From an uncultured Candidatus Saccharibacteria bacterium (GTDB lineage Bacteria > Patescibacteriota > Dojkabacteria > SC72): a DNA stretch of 64,000 nucleotides. Below the pieces are notes generated by a model, which searched no databases, was not told where the DNA came from, and saw nothing but the letters and a program-made list of their open reading frames with translations. The stretch spans positions 5,826 to 69,825 of the forward strand of contig CAZUDZ010000001.1 of NCBI GenBank assembly GCA_964618765.1. The letters are read 5' to 3'. Position numbers and translations under genes: made by a program. How positions within the stretch are numbered: the first letter of the stretch is position 1; the number at the start of each line of letters is the position of its first letter. Shown in pieces: positions 18,432 to 28,022 of the stretch.

Positions 18432-20003
18432 ATGTCTTCAGTCCTCTATCAAAAATACAGATCGAAAGATTTTGATGAAATCATAGGTCAAGATTATGTC
18501 ACTAAGTTGTTAAAGAATACAATTAAGAGTGACCAGATTGCCCAAGCATATCTTTTCGTCGGCTCAAGAGGTACAGGGAAAACCTCTACAGCAAGGATAT
18601 TGGCAAAAGCCGTAAACTGTAAAAAACCTAAAAGAGATGGGAATCCATGTAATGAATGTGAGTACTGTGAGAGTATATCTAACGGGAGGTTTTTAGATTT
18701 AATTGAGATAGACGCAGCCTCAAACAGAGGGATAGATCAGATTAGGCAGTTAAAGGAGAAGATAGAGTTTTCTCCTTCTGAGGGAAAGTACAAGGTATAT
18801 ATCATAGATGAAGTCCATATGTTAACGACAGAGGCTTTTAATGCTCTTTTAAAGACCTTAGAAGAACCTCCTGCACATGTAATATTTATTCTAGCTACAA
18901 CAGATGTACATAAGCTTCCACCTACAATTCTTTCAAGGTGTCAGAGGTATGATTTTCGGTTAGGGACAGATAATGAGATTAAGAGTTTAATAAAGGACAT
19001 TATTAAAAAAGAGAAGATTACGATGGAAGATGAGGCACTTGATATCGTAGTTCAAAATGCAAAGGGTAGTTACCGAGATGCTCTTTCTACACTGGATGTA
19101 ATATATACAGGTCAAGAAACAAGAAAAGATGAGATTACCACAGAAGAGACAAGGAATATTTTAGGATTACCAGATTTTGATAGCGTAATATTTCTACTTA
19201 AAAACCTCATAGAAGGAAATGGTAGTAAAGCTCTCTCAGTAATTGAGGAGTTAGAGAGCAAAGGTGTTAATCTTCAGCAATTTACTAGCTATGTCTTAGA
19301 TATTTTAAGAAATATATTGATTGGGAAAATACGAAGGAAACTGGATAAGGAGTTTAGTTTTGTAGAGGATGTCGATATTAAACTGCTTCACAAGTTAATA
19401 AATCTGTTCTTGGAAGCAGAAAACCGAATTAGGTATGCAAATAACCAAGCCCTTGTTTTGGAAATGATAATTCCTGAAATGATGCAAAGCGGTGTTGGGC
19501 AAGATGTAGAGATTGTGAATAGGGATGTTAAAAAAAGAATCCCTCAGGAGAAGCAGGAGAGTAAGAAGGAGGAGGAGAAGGAAAGTAAAAATCATGAGGA
19601 TACAGAGTGTAGGGATATCCCAGTTAAGGATATTAAAGAGAAATGGGAAATATTTGTTAATGAAATTAAACCCTTCAACGGTCATCTGTATGCATTTCTA
19701 GGTAATGCCAACATTATTAATTTTGACAAAGGAACACTTTTCATAGAGGTTCCTTTTCAGTTCCATATGGAAAGAATTGAGGTGCCCAAGAGTAGAAATG
19801 CCATATCAGAAACTTTTAAGAAGGTGTATGGTACAAACTGTAAGATCTCGTGTGTGGTGAATGAGAAGATTAAACAGAAGAACAAATCAGATGCAGATTT
19901 TGTTTTAAGGAAATTACCGATAATTAAGAAGCCAAAAGAGAATAAAGAGAACAGCAGTAGCAAGGTTGTTACGAATATAGAGGCAATATTTGAGGGTATG
20001 TAG
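18432..20003 (+). CDS. dnaX: DNA polymerase III subunit gamma/tau
   Basis: AAA+ clamp-loader motifs GSRGTGKTSTARILAK, zinc module CxxC...CxxC, and box VII SRCQRYDF. Confidence 0.9.
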   Translation: MSSVLYQKYRSKDFDEIIGQDYVTKLLKNTIKSDQIAQAYLFVGSRGTGKTSTARILAKAVNCKKPKRDGNPCNECEYCESISNGRFLDLIEIDAASNRGIDQIRQLKEKIEFSPSEGKYKVYIIDEVHMLTTEAFNALLKTLEEPPAHVIFILATTDVHKLPPTILSRCQRYDFRLGTDNEIKSLIKDIIKKEKITMEDEALDIVVQNAKGSYRDALSTLDVIYTGQETRKDEITTEETRNILGLPDFDSVIFLLKNLIEGNGSKALSVIEELESKGVNLQQFTSYVLDILRNILIGKIRRKLDKEFSFVEDVDIKLLHKLINLFLEAENRIRYANNQALVLEMIIPEMMQSGVGQDVEIVNRDVKKRIPQEKQESKKEEEKESKNHEDTECRDIPVKDIKEKWEIFVNEIKPFNGHLYAFLGNANIINFDKGTLFIEVPFQFHMERIEVPKSRNAISETFKKVYGTNCKISCVVNEKIKQKNKSDADFVLRKLPIIKKPKENKENSSSKVVTNIEAIFEGM

Positions 20004-20046
20004 AAATCTCTCTTTTAGGATATAATGTACTCACTATTTAAGTTTT

Positions 20047-20352
20047 TTGTATACTACTATGTTAAATCCAGTAGAAGCATTAAAGATGCAAAGTGAAGCA
20101 AAGAAGCTTCAAAAGAAGTTAAGAGAAAGAAAGATTAAGGCTGAGTCAAAGAATGGAATGGTCGCTATATATATGAATGCGGCACAAGAATTTGAAGATG
20201 TTCATATTGATGAGGAGTATCTTTCTCCTGATATGTTAGATGCCATTAAGAGGGGCTTTAAGGAGGCTTTTAAAGAGTATCAGAAGAAATTACAGAAGGA
20301 AATGATCCAAGATATGGATATGGACCAATTAAAAAGTATGTTTAGTAAGTAG
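20047..20352 (+). CDS. ybaB: Nucleoid-associated YbaB/EbfC family protein
   Basis: About 100 aa, positioned between dnaX and recR as in most bacteria. Confidence 0.7.
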   Translation: MYTTMLNPVEALKMQSEAKKLQKKLRERKIKAESKNGMVAIYMNAAQEFEDVHIDEEYLSPDMLDAIKRGFKEAFKEYQKKLQKEMIQDMDMDQLKSMFSK

Positions 20353-20353
20353 T

Positions 20354-20989
20354 ATGTCAGTATTACCCAAGAGTGTAGAACAAGTTATAGAGGAGTTTAG
20401 TAGATTGCCAGGAGTAGGTCCTAAATCTGCTTCTCGGATGGCATATCATTACATCAGGTCTTCAAACCAGGATGCTACTAAGTTAGCATCTGCTCTTGTT
20501 GAAATGGATCAGGAAGTTAAATACTGTAAGGAGTGTTTTAATGTTACAGACAAGGAGGTTTGTGATCTATGCTCTTCCCCTTTAAGAAAGAAGAACAAAT
20601 TGTGTGTAGTAGAAGAGCCTTTAGATGTAGTGGCTTTTGAGAATAGTGCGGTCTACGATGGGCTTTACTTTGTTTTGGGAGGAGTGATATCTCCTGCCGA
20701 GGGTATAGGGGAGGATGAGCTGAGATTTAAAGATTTAGAAAAAAGGGTCAAGGAGCTTTTAAATTTATTAAATGAGAATGAAGCGCTAATTGAAGTAATC
20801 ATTGCTACCAATCCTAGCCTAGAAGGAGAAGCTACTGCTAGTTACATCATAGATCTTCTAAAAGAGTTATCTAAAGAAGGTAAGGTAAAGATTACTCGAT
20901 TGGCAATGGGTCTGCCTACAGGTGCTGATTTAGAGTATGCCGACAGGTTAACCTTAAAGAGAGCTTTAGAGGGTAGGAGGGATATCTAA
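20354..20989 (+). CDS. recR: Recombination protein RecR
   Basis: HhH motif (LPGVGPKSASRMAYH), C4 zinc finger (CKECFNVTDKEVCDLC) and a Toprim domain. Confidence 0.9.
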   Translation: MSVLPKSVEQVIEEFSRLPGVGPKSASRMAYHYIRSSNQDATKLASALVEMDQEVKYCKECFNVTDKEVCDLCSSPLRKKNKLCVVEEPLDVVAFENSAVYDGLYFVLGGVISPAEGIGEDELRFKDLEKRVKELLNLLNENEALIEVIIATNPSLEGEATASYIIDLLKELSKEGKVKITRLAMGLPTGADLEYADRLTLKRALEGRRDI

Positions 20990-21073
20990 TCCCCTTACTG
21001 TACTTTGTAATTGTTTCTCTGTTGTAAATTTCTAAATGGAAATTCCCCTAAATACAGTGTAAAATAACTCAGT

Positions 21074-22522
21074 ATGAAGCTATACAGTACTCTAGACAGA
21101 AAAGTAGTTGAGATTGAACCTTTGGAAGAAGGCAAAGTCTCCATATACAGCTGTGGACCAACAGTATATTACAGAATGCAAATAGGAAATATCAGGCCAT
21201 ATGTAAATTGGGATATACTACATAGGGCATACCTGTACCTAGGATATGATGTTAAAAGAGTAGTAAACTTAACAGATGTAGGGCATATGACATCTGATGA
21301 TGACTACGGTAGCGACTTTGGAGAAGACAAAATGGACAAACAGGCTGCGAAAGAAGGTCTTCAACCAATAGATATTGCAAATAAATATATAGATACAGTT
21401 TTAGATGACTTTAGGAAATTAAACATCTTAGCTCCTAACGGGGATATAATCTCAGAAGATTTAACCCACGAAGGAGTTTCTGAGTATGCTTTTTGTCGTG
21501 CTACAGAGTATGTAGATGAAATGATAGGGGTAATTAAAAAAATTGAAGAGAACGGATATGCTTACGAAACAAAACAGGCTCTCTATTTTGATGTTAGTAA
21601 GATAGAGGATTACACCATATTTACGGGACAGAAATTAGAAGAGAAAGAGATAGCGGTAAGAGAGGAGGTTGATATAGATCCACAAAAAAAACATCCAGCC
21701 GATTTTGTCCTGTGGATGAAGAGATATGGCAAATATGAGAATCATATAATGAATTGGAACTCTCCTTGGGGGAATGGTTTCCCTGGCTGGCACATTGAAT
21801 GTTCCGCTATGGGGACAGCTCTTCTAGGAGAAAACTTTGATATTCATACTGGAGGAGTGGATCACATCCCTGTTCATCATACTAATGAAAGGGCACAAAA
21901 TATTGGAGCTTTTGGTCATCCTGTTGTTAATTACTGGATACATAATGAATGGGTAGTTAACAAAGACGAGTCTAAACTCTCCAAGAGTAAGGGTAATTCC
22001 CCATATTTACCAAATATCTTAAAATTAGGATTTGATCCTATGGATGTAAGATATTATATCCTCTCCATTAATTACAGAACTAGAATTCAATTCTCAGTTG
22101 AGGCATTAGAAGGGGCAAAGAACGCTCGGAATGCTCTTTTGAGGAAAATAAAGGAATTACAGGCTCCAAAAGGTAGTTTAATAGAAGAGTATGTAGAAAG
22201 ATTTAAACAAGAGCTAGAAAACAATCTTAATATGTCCGGAGTTCTGGCGTTGATAAATGAACTTCTTAAATCAAAGTATCCCCAAGGTGACATATTAGCG
22301 ACAGTATTAGATTTTGATAGAGTACTAGGACTAAATTTGCATTTGGTGTTAGATAACAAGGAAGAAGAGATAGATACAGAATTAAAGCAACTATTAGAGC
22401 AGAGGAAAAAAGCGAGGGGGAGTGGGGAGTATGAGCAATCAGATCGTTTAAGAGATGAAATAATTAAAATGGGGTATGTGGTTAAAGATACTTCTGAAGG
22501 ACAAAAAATAGAGAAGAAATAA
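21074..22522 (+). CDS. cysS: Cysteinyl-tRNA synthetase with a non-canonical QIGN in the HIGH-motif position
   Basis: Aligns with CysS throughout ([24 protein letters not shown]). The segment corresponding to CHIGHGRT reads RMQIGNIRP. Confidence 0.85.
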   Translation: MKLYSTLDRKVVEIEPLEEGKVSIYSCGPTVYYRMQIGNIRPYVNWDILHRAYLYLGYDVKRVVNLTDVGHMTSDDDYGSDFGEDKMDKQAAKEGLQPIDIANKYIDTVLDDFRKLNILAPNGDIISEDLTHEGVSEYAFCRATEYVDEMIGVIKKIEENGYAYETKQALYFDVSKIEDYTIFTGQKLEEKEIAVREEVDIDPQKKHPADFVLWMKRYGKYENHIMNWNSPWGNGFPGWHIECSAMGTALLGENFDIHTGGVDHIPVHHTNERAQNIGAFGHPVVNYWIHNEWVVNKDESKLSKSKGNSPYLPNILKLGFDPMDVRYYILSINYRTRIQFSVEALEGAKNARNALLRKIKELQAPKGSLIEEYVERFKQELENNLNMSGVLALINELLKSKYPQGDILATVLDFDRVLGLNLHLVLDNKEEEIDTELKQLLEQRKKARGSGEYEQSDRLRDEIIKMGYVVKDTSEGQKIEKK

Positions 22523-22529
22523 CAGTTAA

Positions 22530-23423
22530 ATGAGTCAGAATACAGTTTCAATAAAATTAACAGCAAATGAGGCAGAACTCTTAAAAGGAATTCTTTTGGA
22601 AAAGGGTTGGAATGAACAGGAGATAAATAATGAGTATATTGCTCTTAGGATGAAAAATGATGAAGGCTCTGTTTGTACACTGTATACTAGTATGAAAGTA
22701 GTTTTTCAAGGGAAAGAAGATTTCAAGGATATATTGGGAATATTGAAGGATACAGAAGAGGATATCAATATAGTGGCACACATAGGCGTAGATGAGGTTG
22801 GTAAGGGTGATTACTTTGGTCCTTTAGTTGTAGTGGCTTGTTTTGTAAATAAGGATTTCTTAAATCAGATTCAAGGATTAGGTATAGGAGACTCTAAGAA
22901 GATCTCAGATAGAAGAATAATTGATATTTATGAAGAAATAAAAGAGTACCCATACTATTATGTCTCCATTGTACATCCTAAGGAATACAACAGACAAATC
23001 AAAGAGCTTAAGAATGTATCTATCCTTCTAGCTAAGCAGCACTCCAAGGTTATAGAGATGGGACTGAAGGACTTGAAAGAGGAAAACATAGAATGTACAG
23101 AGGTTGTCATAGATCAATTCTCTTCAAAGAAGAGTAGGGTAGTTGATGAGTTAGGGCCATTGGCACAAAAGGTAAATTTTGTACAATACCATAAAGGGGA
23201 GTCAGATATAGCAGTAGGATGTGCATCTGTTCTTGCTAGAGCAATATTTCTAAGAGAGTTAGATGAAATGGGTCGTAAGTATTACTTTACATTTCCCAAG
23301 GGGGCTTCAGCTGTCATAGATACTGCTCGAGAATTTGTTAGGAAAAATGGAGCGAAAGAGTTAGAGAATGTAGCAAAAACAGGCTTTAAGACAACAAAGA
23401 AGGTTATACAGGATTCTTTTTAG
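22530..23423 (+). CDS. rnhC: Ribonuclease HIII-like: an ~80-aa N-terminal domain plus an RNase HII-fold catalytic domain
   Basis: Catalytic GVDEVGKGDYFGPLVVVA (DEDD family). The N-terminal extension and ~300 aa length fit RNase HIII better than HII. Confidence 0.7.
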   Translation: MSQNTVSIKLTANEAELLKGILLEKGWNEQEINNEYIALRMKNDEGSVCTLYTSMKVVFQGKEDFKDILGILKDTEEDINIVAHIGVDEVGKGDYFGPLVVVACFVNKDFLNQIQGLGIGDSKKISDRRIIDIYEEIKEYPYYYVSIVHPKEYNRQIKELKNVSILLAKQHSKVIEMGLKDLKEENIECTEVVIDQFSSKKSRVVDELGPLAQKVNFVQYHKGESDIAVGCASVLARAIFLRELDEMGRKYYFTFPKGASAVIDTAREFVRKNGAKELENVAKTGFKTTKKVIQDSF

Positions 23424-24321
23424 GCTTCTTTTTTGAAAAGAGTACTTTCAAAAATATCACAGTAAGAAGTAATCCTAGTCCTACAAGAAGAAGAACTGTA
23501 TAGTTTGGTTGAATAATTACTTCTTTGACTATAATATTCTCATCTATTCCATTATAGAATCTCCCAACGACGATTTTCTCAGAGAAAAAATCAGATAAAT
23601 GATAATCATCTATCTCAAACTCTTCTTCTAATAACCCCTGGGGGTATAATTTTTGTTGCTTCTCATTAATCTTTAAGTAAATTGGGGGATAGTCACCTCT
23701 CTTGCTATACAGCTGTATCTCTCCCATAGGATTTAATACATAGTTAGTGTCATTTTTGTAAGAATACTTTATTGTAGTAGGGGACATAAAAGGTACTCCC
23801 TTTTCTATAACCTGTATATCAATAGTAGCAAACTTACTACTGATCCCATAAATATCGCTTTCTGAGTCCACTATATGAAGTACAACCAGCTGTGAGAGGC
23901 TCTCTACTGTCCCTACAGGGCTTGTCTCAGTGACAAATGTATCTTCCATCTGTCTTTCTAAAACTATCAGATTGAAGTAAGTTCCTGGCTTCATATTCGC
24001 GATAGGGACAACCTCGTACTCAATCTCTAGAGTTTCTTTAGGTTTAACTTTAAATATCTCCTTGTCTGCTCGTGTGAAGATAATGCCGTTACTGTCGGTC
24101 ATTTCCAATGTTTCAGGGTCATATGAGTGCACTATTGGTGTAATGAGAACATCTTTCTTAGAATCATTTTCGAAGTAAACGGATCCCTTTGTTCTTTCTT
24201 CATTTGAGATTAGAATCTCATTTTTGTATGGGTATATTGTACCCGCAAAGACTTCTTTGTGCTGTAAAAAATTTAGCATCAACAAAAACAAAACTGTTAG
24301 GAATACTGTTTTGAACTTCAT
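23404..24321 (-). CDS. Surface protein with N-terminal signal peptide and C-terminal TM anchor plus Lys-rich tail (gene A of a 4-gene surface operon)
   Basis: Signal MKFKTVFLTVLFLLMLNFL...VFA and C-terminus LLLVGLGLLLTVIFLKVLFSKKKPKKNPV. It has the same topology as DUF916/CscA-like anchors. Confidence 0.7.
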   Translation of the reverse strand: MKFKTVFLTVLFLLMLNFLQHKEVFAGTIYPYKNEILISNEERTKGSVYFENDSKKDVLITPIVHSYDPETLEMTDSNGIIFTRADKEIFKVKPKETLEIEYEVVPIANMKPGTYFNLIVLERQMEDTFVTETSPVGTVESLSQLVVLHIVDSESDIYGISSKFATIDIQVIEKGVPFMSPTTIKYSYKNDTNYVLNPMGEIQLYSKRGDYPPIYLKINEKQQKLYPQGLLEEEFEIDDYHLSDFFSEKIVVGRFYNGIDENIIVKEVIIQPNYTVLLLVGLGLLLTVIFLKVLFSKKKPKKNPV

Positions 24322-24328
24322 ATGTTCC

Positions 24329-25357
24329 TTATTTAGGTAGATTTTCTGATTTCTTCTTCTCCTTCTTTTTCCTGAGGGTTACTATTAATATTGTTGTTAG
24401 GATTATTATTAATGCTAGTAGGATGTATCTCCAAGGTAATATCCAGAAGGAGGCAGTTGCACTCAGTGGTGCGAAACCTGGTTGGAATGTACGATACATT
24501 AATATCAAGTTAGCATCTATTGGCCCCATTATGAGTTTCTTGTTTGCACTTAAGAAAGAACCGTAGTCCCATGGAGTTTCGTATTCGGCTGTATTGCCTC
24601 TTAATATACTCTGTCCATTTTCATTAAATATTATCTTACCTACTTCTTGCTTAAAGATATTTGTTAAAATGATCTCTCCGACAGGGCTAATGTGTGTATC
24701 TCCTAGGTTGTTAATTCTAGTTTCAAACTTAACAGTAGGAGTTTCGTAGAAATTTCTGTCTGTTGTAAATTTTAGCAACTCTGCATTCTCGGTAAATTCA
24801 TCTCCGATTTTTATTAGGATAGGGGTTCCTGAAGAAAGAGAAGTAAAAGCAGCTGTCCCTCCAAGGGCCGAATCTGTTTCTGAGATAAAGGCTACTATTA
24901 CAGTATATTCTCCCTTTGTTATATTCTTGGGGACATTAATTTCATAGAAGATTTTCTCATTCTTGTTTGGTATCAAAGTAATCTTCTCCCTACTTACTTT
25001 GGTCCAAGAAGCAGCAGAGTAGAGTGCTTTCTCTTCTTCCTCTTCTGTGAACATAATGGCAGTACCAGGCTGGTTTTCAATCTGTCTAAAACCTCTTACA
25101 TATACATTGTAAGTAGTTGTTTCTTCTGAGAGATTCCATACAACGATTTCCCCTTCATACTTTTCTCCTATTTCTAACTGTAATTTTTCAGAAACAGGTG
25201 CAGTGCCGATGTTTAGAGTTGTTTGTGCGTTAGCAGCTTTGCTGAAGAAAAAGAGAAGTACAATTGAGAAAATTGTGGCTAAAGAAACTATTCGTTTGTA
25301 GTACCTTGGGGCAGAGTATAGATTTTGATTTTTCATAATTAGTAGTAACCGCCACAA
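24329..25357 (-). CDS. Surface protein with N-terminal signal peptide and C-terminal TM anchor plus KKKEKKK tail (gene B)
   Basis: Signal and helix at the N-terminus; C-terminus ILLALIIILTTILIVTLRKKKEKKKSENLPK. Its start overlaps the upstream gene by 19 nt. Confidence 0.7.
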   Translation of the reverse strand: MWRLLLIMKNQNLYSAPRYYKRIVSLATIFSIVLLFFFSKAANAQTTLNIGTAPVSEKLQLEIGEKYEGEIVVWNLSEETTTYNVYVRGFRQIENQPGTAIMFTEEEEEKALYSAASWTKVSREKITLIPNKNEKIFYEINVPKNITKGEYTVIVAFISETDSALGGTAAFTSLSSGTPILIKIGDEFTENAELLKFTTDRNFYETPTVKFETRINNLGDTHISPVGEIILTNIFKQEVGKIIFNENGQSILRGNTAEYETPWDYGSFLSANKKLIMGPIDANLILMYRTFQPGFAPLSATASFWILPWRYILLALIIILTTILIVTLRKKKEKKKSENLPK

Positions 25358-26460
25358 ACATATGTGACATACTCGTTATATGTTCCTGCTAAAGCTGCAG
25401 AATCTGCTCTTGCTCCATAAGTAATGCCTGCACTGTGGGCAGGTGCGGTAGGTGTAGTTTTATATAGTAGTAATTTAGCACCAGTTGCATTTGCTACTAT
25501 TCCTCCAAAAGTCGTAGGTGCTGTTACTTGAAAGTTAGCTGCTGTAGTTGCGCCTGAGGGTGTTGTTGAAACTACCAAGCCGAACCCCTTTGTATCTGAT
25601 CCAGAAAGGTCAACAGTTGTAGCCCCAGAGTTAAGCGTATATCCTGCTCCTGTGGAGTTATAAAGACCTGCGGTGGTACCGTTACCTTTCCCATATACAG
25701 CCCAATAGTAACCACTATTCGTAGAAGACGTACTAATTTGTGTCGCCTCTTCTTTTGTTACTAAGGCACCTCCGGGAAACAGAGTTCCTATGGATACTGT
25801 AGTAGGAGCTACCGTACAATTGATAGTAGGAGCTGCAGTTACGGTGGCAGACACTTGAACAGTATCTTCAGCGATAAGATAAACTCCAAAGGCTTTAGAA
25901 TCTAAATTGTCATCATCAGAGACCTGTATTGTTATAGTTTTGGATCCAGAGGTTGCAGCAGTTCCTAATCTTCCTGTGCCATTGGATACTTTAACCCCGT
26001 ATGTAGTCCCACTAGTAAGAGAGCCAACATTGGTTATGGTTATCCTATCTGTAGTAGCTCCACTACCGATGGCACAAGTAGCGGCAAGGGTACTAGCTGC
26101 TTTTACTGGAAGAGCTGTAGTTATATCATAACCTGTAACATCAGGAGCTCCTGTTGCAACTCCTGTTACTGTTAGTGCGCCTGCATTTCTACACCAGTTG
26201 GTATTATCACTTTTTGGAAATAGTATCTCAATTTCAAGGTTCTTAGCTTCTGCGAAGGCCTGGCTAGGAGTAACTGCGAGAACCATTTCAACCTCATTGT
26301 TTGTTTGTCCATTTAAACCTGCCTTAATTCTACTTAGAAAAAGGTATGTGCTACCAAGAGTCCCTGCTTGGGTCTTAAAGTTTGGAAACAGCATAACAAA
26401 GAAAAATGTAGAGACCAAAAAAATCATTACAACGGAAATCAGTTTGTTTTTTTTCATCAC
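25339..26460 (-). CDS. Secreted Thr/Gly/Ala/Ser-rich beta-rich protein with no C-terminal anchor (gene C)
   Basis: Signal MMKKNKLISVVMIFLVSTFFFVML, then a low-complexity T/G/A/S-rich sequence with alternating patterns typical of surface beta-sandwich or fibre proteins. It ends ...YVCGGYY. Confidence 0.7.
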   Translation of the reverse strand: MMKKNKLISVVMIFLVSTFFFVMLFPNFKTQAGTLGSTYLFLSRIKAGLNGQTNNEVEMVLAVTPSQAFAEAKNLEIEILFPKSDNTNWCRNAGALTVTGVATGAPDVTGYDITTALPVKAASTLAATCAIGSGATTDRITITNVGSLTSGTTYGVKVSNGTGRLGTAATSGSKTITIQVSDDDNLDSKAFGVYLIAEDTVQVSATVTAAPTINCTVAPTTVSIGTLFPGGALVTKEEATQISTSSTNSGYYWAVYGKGNGTTAGLYNSTGAGYTLNSGATTVDLSGSDTKGFGLVVSTTPSGATTAANFQVTAPTTFGGIVANATGAKLLLYKTTPTAPAHSAGITYGARADSAALAGTYNEYVTYVCGGYY

Positions 26461-26566
26461 TTGAATAGGGCAGACCTTTAATGTTAATTAATGGTAGTAA
26501 AAAGATAACTGATTAATTCTAATATGTCAAGAGGTTTTACAACCTCCTCCGTAGTATTAAAGTTAT

Positions 26567-27766
26567 CTAGTATCTGGGTACTAATATAAAATAAATTAAC
26601 TCAGAGTAGTCTGTAGCAGAAGTTCTACTTGTGGAGGCTCTAGCTTTTAGGTATATACCCATTCTGCCAGTATTAATAGGTCCATCTCCATCATAGATTT
26701 TTTTAGCATCAGTAGAAACCTCTCCAACTACATTCGCACTTCCTGCATAGTTTGTCATACTAGTTATCTCTCCTAAATATGTAGAAACTTCGTAGTCAAT
26801 ATAGTAATTTTGTAAACCGAAACCTTCAGCTGCAGAAGAATCTAAGTCGATATTGGTTGATGGAATTAATTCTGTTGTGGTTGTACTGTACAACCCTCCA
26901 TTCTTTCCATACTGTATGACAGCCATCCCGCCAGAAGAGCTACTATCTACATCTAACCATATTAAACTAGAAGAAGTAACAACAGCTGCACCTCCGATCA
27001 ATTTCTCTCCTCCTGAGAAAGATACTGTGTATGGGGGAGAGGATTCTGTACTGTATCCTGTGCTAGTAGCAATATCTATATCAAAAAATAACTTTGCTAA
27101 AGCTGTCTTAGCATTTACTGAAATACTTGGATCGGATTGCGTAAAATCACCGTGTAATGCTGATGTTCTAATGTAGTAGGTGGTGTCAGGTTCTAATCCT
27201 TTAATATTGAAAGTTTCATCCTCCCAATATGTTTCGGTTCTAAAGTCATTAATATTACAGTTACTAGCTACCTTAGGTTGAAAGGTAGATGCATCGACGC
27301 ATCTGAAATCAGAAACGAAATTATCTAGAGATACCTGTATACCGTATAGGGTGTCAGAAGGGTTACTGTGGGGCTCTATCTCGAACCTTGCCTTGTCGTA
27401 ACAACCATTTCCTCCACATATCGCTACCATTCCTCCACTTAATAGCTCTGTAGGACCGGAAGTGCAGTTAGTAGATCCGTTACTACTTGTTTCAAAGCAC
27501 TGTATGGAAGGTTGTGCAGCCACAAATGCGTTAGAGGGATCTTGATCTACTCTGTAGGAAGTAGAGTAATTTCTAGGGTTTGCAGTGAGTCTTCCTACTT
27601 CCGAGAGCATCTGGAAATTACTGGATTCTAAAGTTCCTCCACCGCCAGATGTAGATACTCCAACCATTTTGAAGTTGGTTGAGTCTAATTCATATGCAAA
27701 AAGATTAGTAGTAAAAAAAAGGATAGGGAGGAAAAGGAAAGGAATTAAGATATTAGCAGATTTCAT
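26567..27766 (-). CDS. Secreted protein with a duplicated S(T/S)NF(K/Q)M motif after the signal peptide (gene D, first in the operon)
   Basis: Signal MKSANILIPFLFLPILFFTTNLFA. The mature N-terminus is YELDSTNFKM...GGGGTLESSNFQM. It has several Cys pairs and no C-terminal anchor. Confidence 0.7.
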   Translation of the reverse strand: MKSANILIPFLFLPILFFTTNLFAYELDSTNFKMVGVSTSGGGGTLESSNFQMLSEVGRLTANPRNYSTSYRVDQDPSNAFVAAQPSIQCFETSSNGSTNCTSGPTELLSGGMVAICGGNGCYDKARFEIEPHSNPSDTLYGIQVSLDNFVSDFRCVDASTFQPKVASNCNINDFRTETYWEDETFNIKGLEPDTTYYIRTSALHGDFTQSDPSISVNAKTALAKLFFDIDIATSTGYSTESSPPYTVSFSGGEKLIGGAAVVTSSSLIWLDVDSSSSGGMAVIQYGKNGGLYSTTTTELIPSTNIDLDSSAAEGFGLQNYYIDYEVSTYLGEITSMTNYAGSANVVGEVSTDAKKIYDGDGPINTGRMGIYLKARASTSRTSATDYSELIYFILVPRY

Positions 27767-27827
27767 ATGTCAATCATATTGTAAAATATGTTAATTAGTC
27801 AAATTTTGATATAATTCTAAAAGTTTT

Positions 27828-27914
27828 GGAGAGGTGCCAGAGTGGTCGAATGGGACGGTCTTGAAAACCGTTGTACAGGTTTCTGTACCGTGGGTTCGAA
27901 TCCCACCCTCTCCG
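27828..27914 (+). tRNA. tRNA-Ser (anticodon TGA)
   Basis: GGAGAGG...CCTCTCC acceptor stem, anticodon loop CTTGAAA, long variable arm (TGTACAGGTTTCTGTACC), T-loop GGTTCGAATCC. 87 nt. Confidence 0.85.
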
Positions 27915-28022
27915 TTTGTTCGTAATCATAATGTTAATACTTCCCTCTTAATACTCTACATTATGTACTACAAGATTGGTAAGGTGGATTTTAAATTAAC
28001 TTTAGCATAAAATACCTACACA

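Noticed and set aside
27787-27815. Promoter for tRNA-Ser (-10 TATAAT at 27810-27815)
   Set aside because: The -10 is good but the putative -35 (TATGTT/TTAATT) is poor and the tRNA 5' end is only 12 nt downstream. The whole gap is AT-rich, so a chance TATAAT is likely. It is not listed as a feature.
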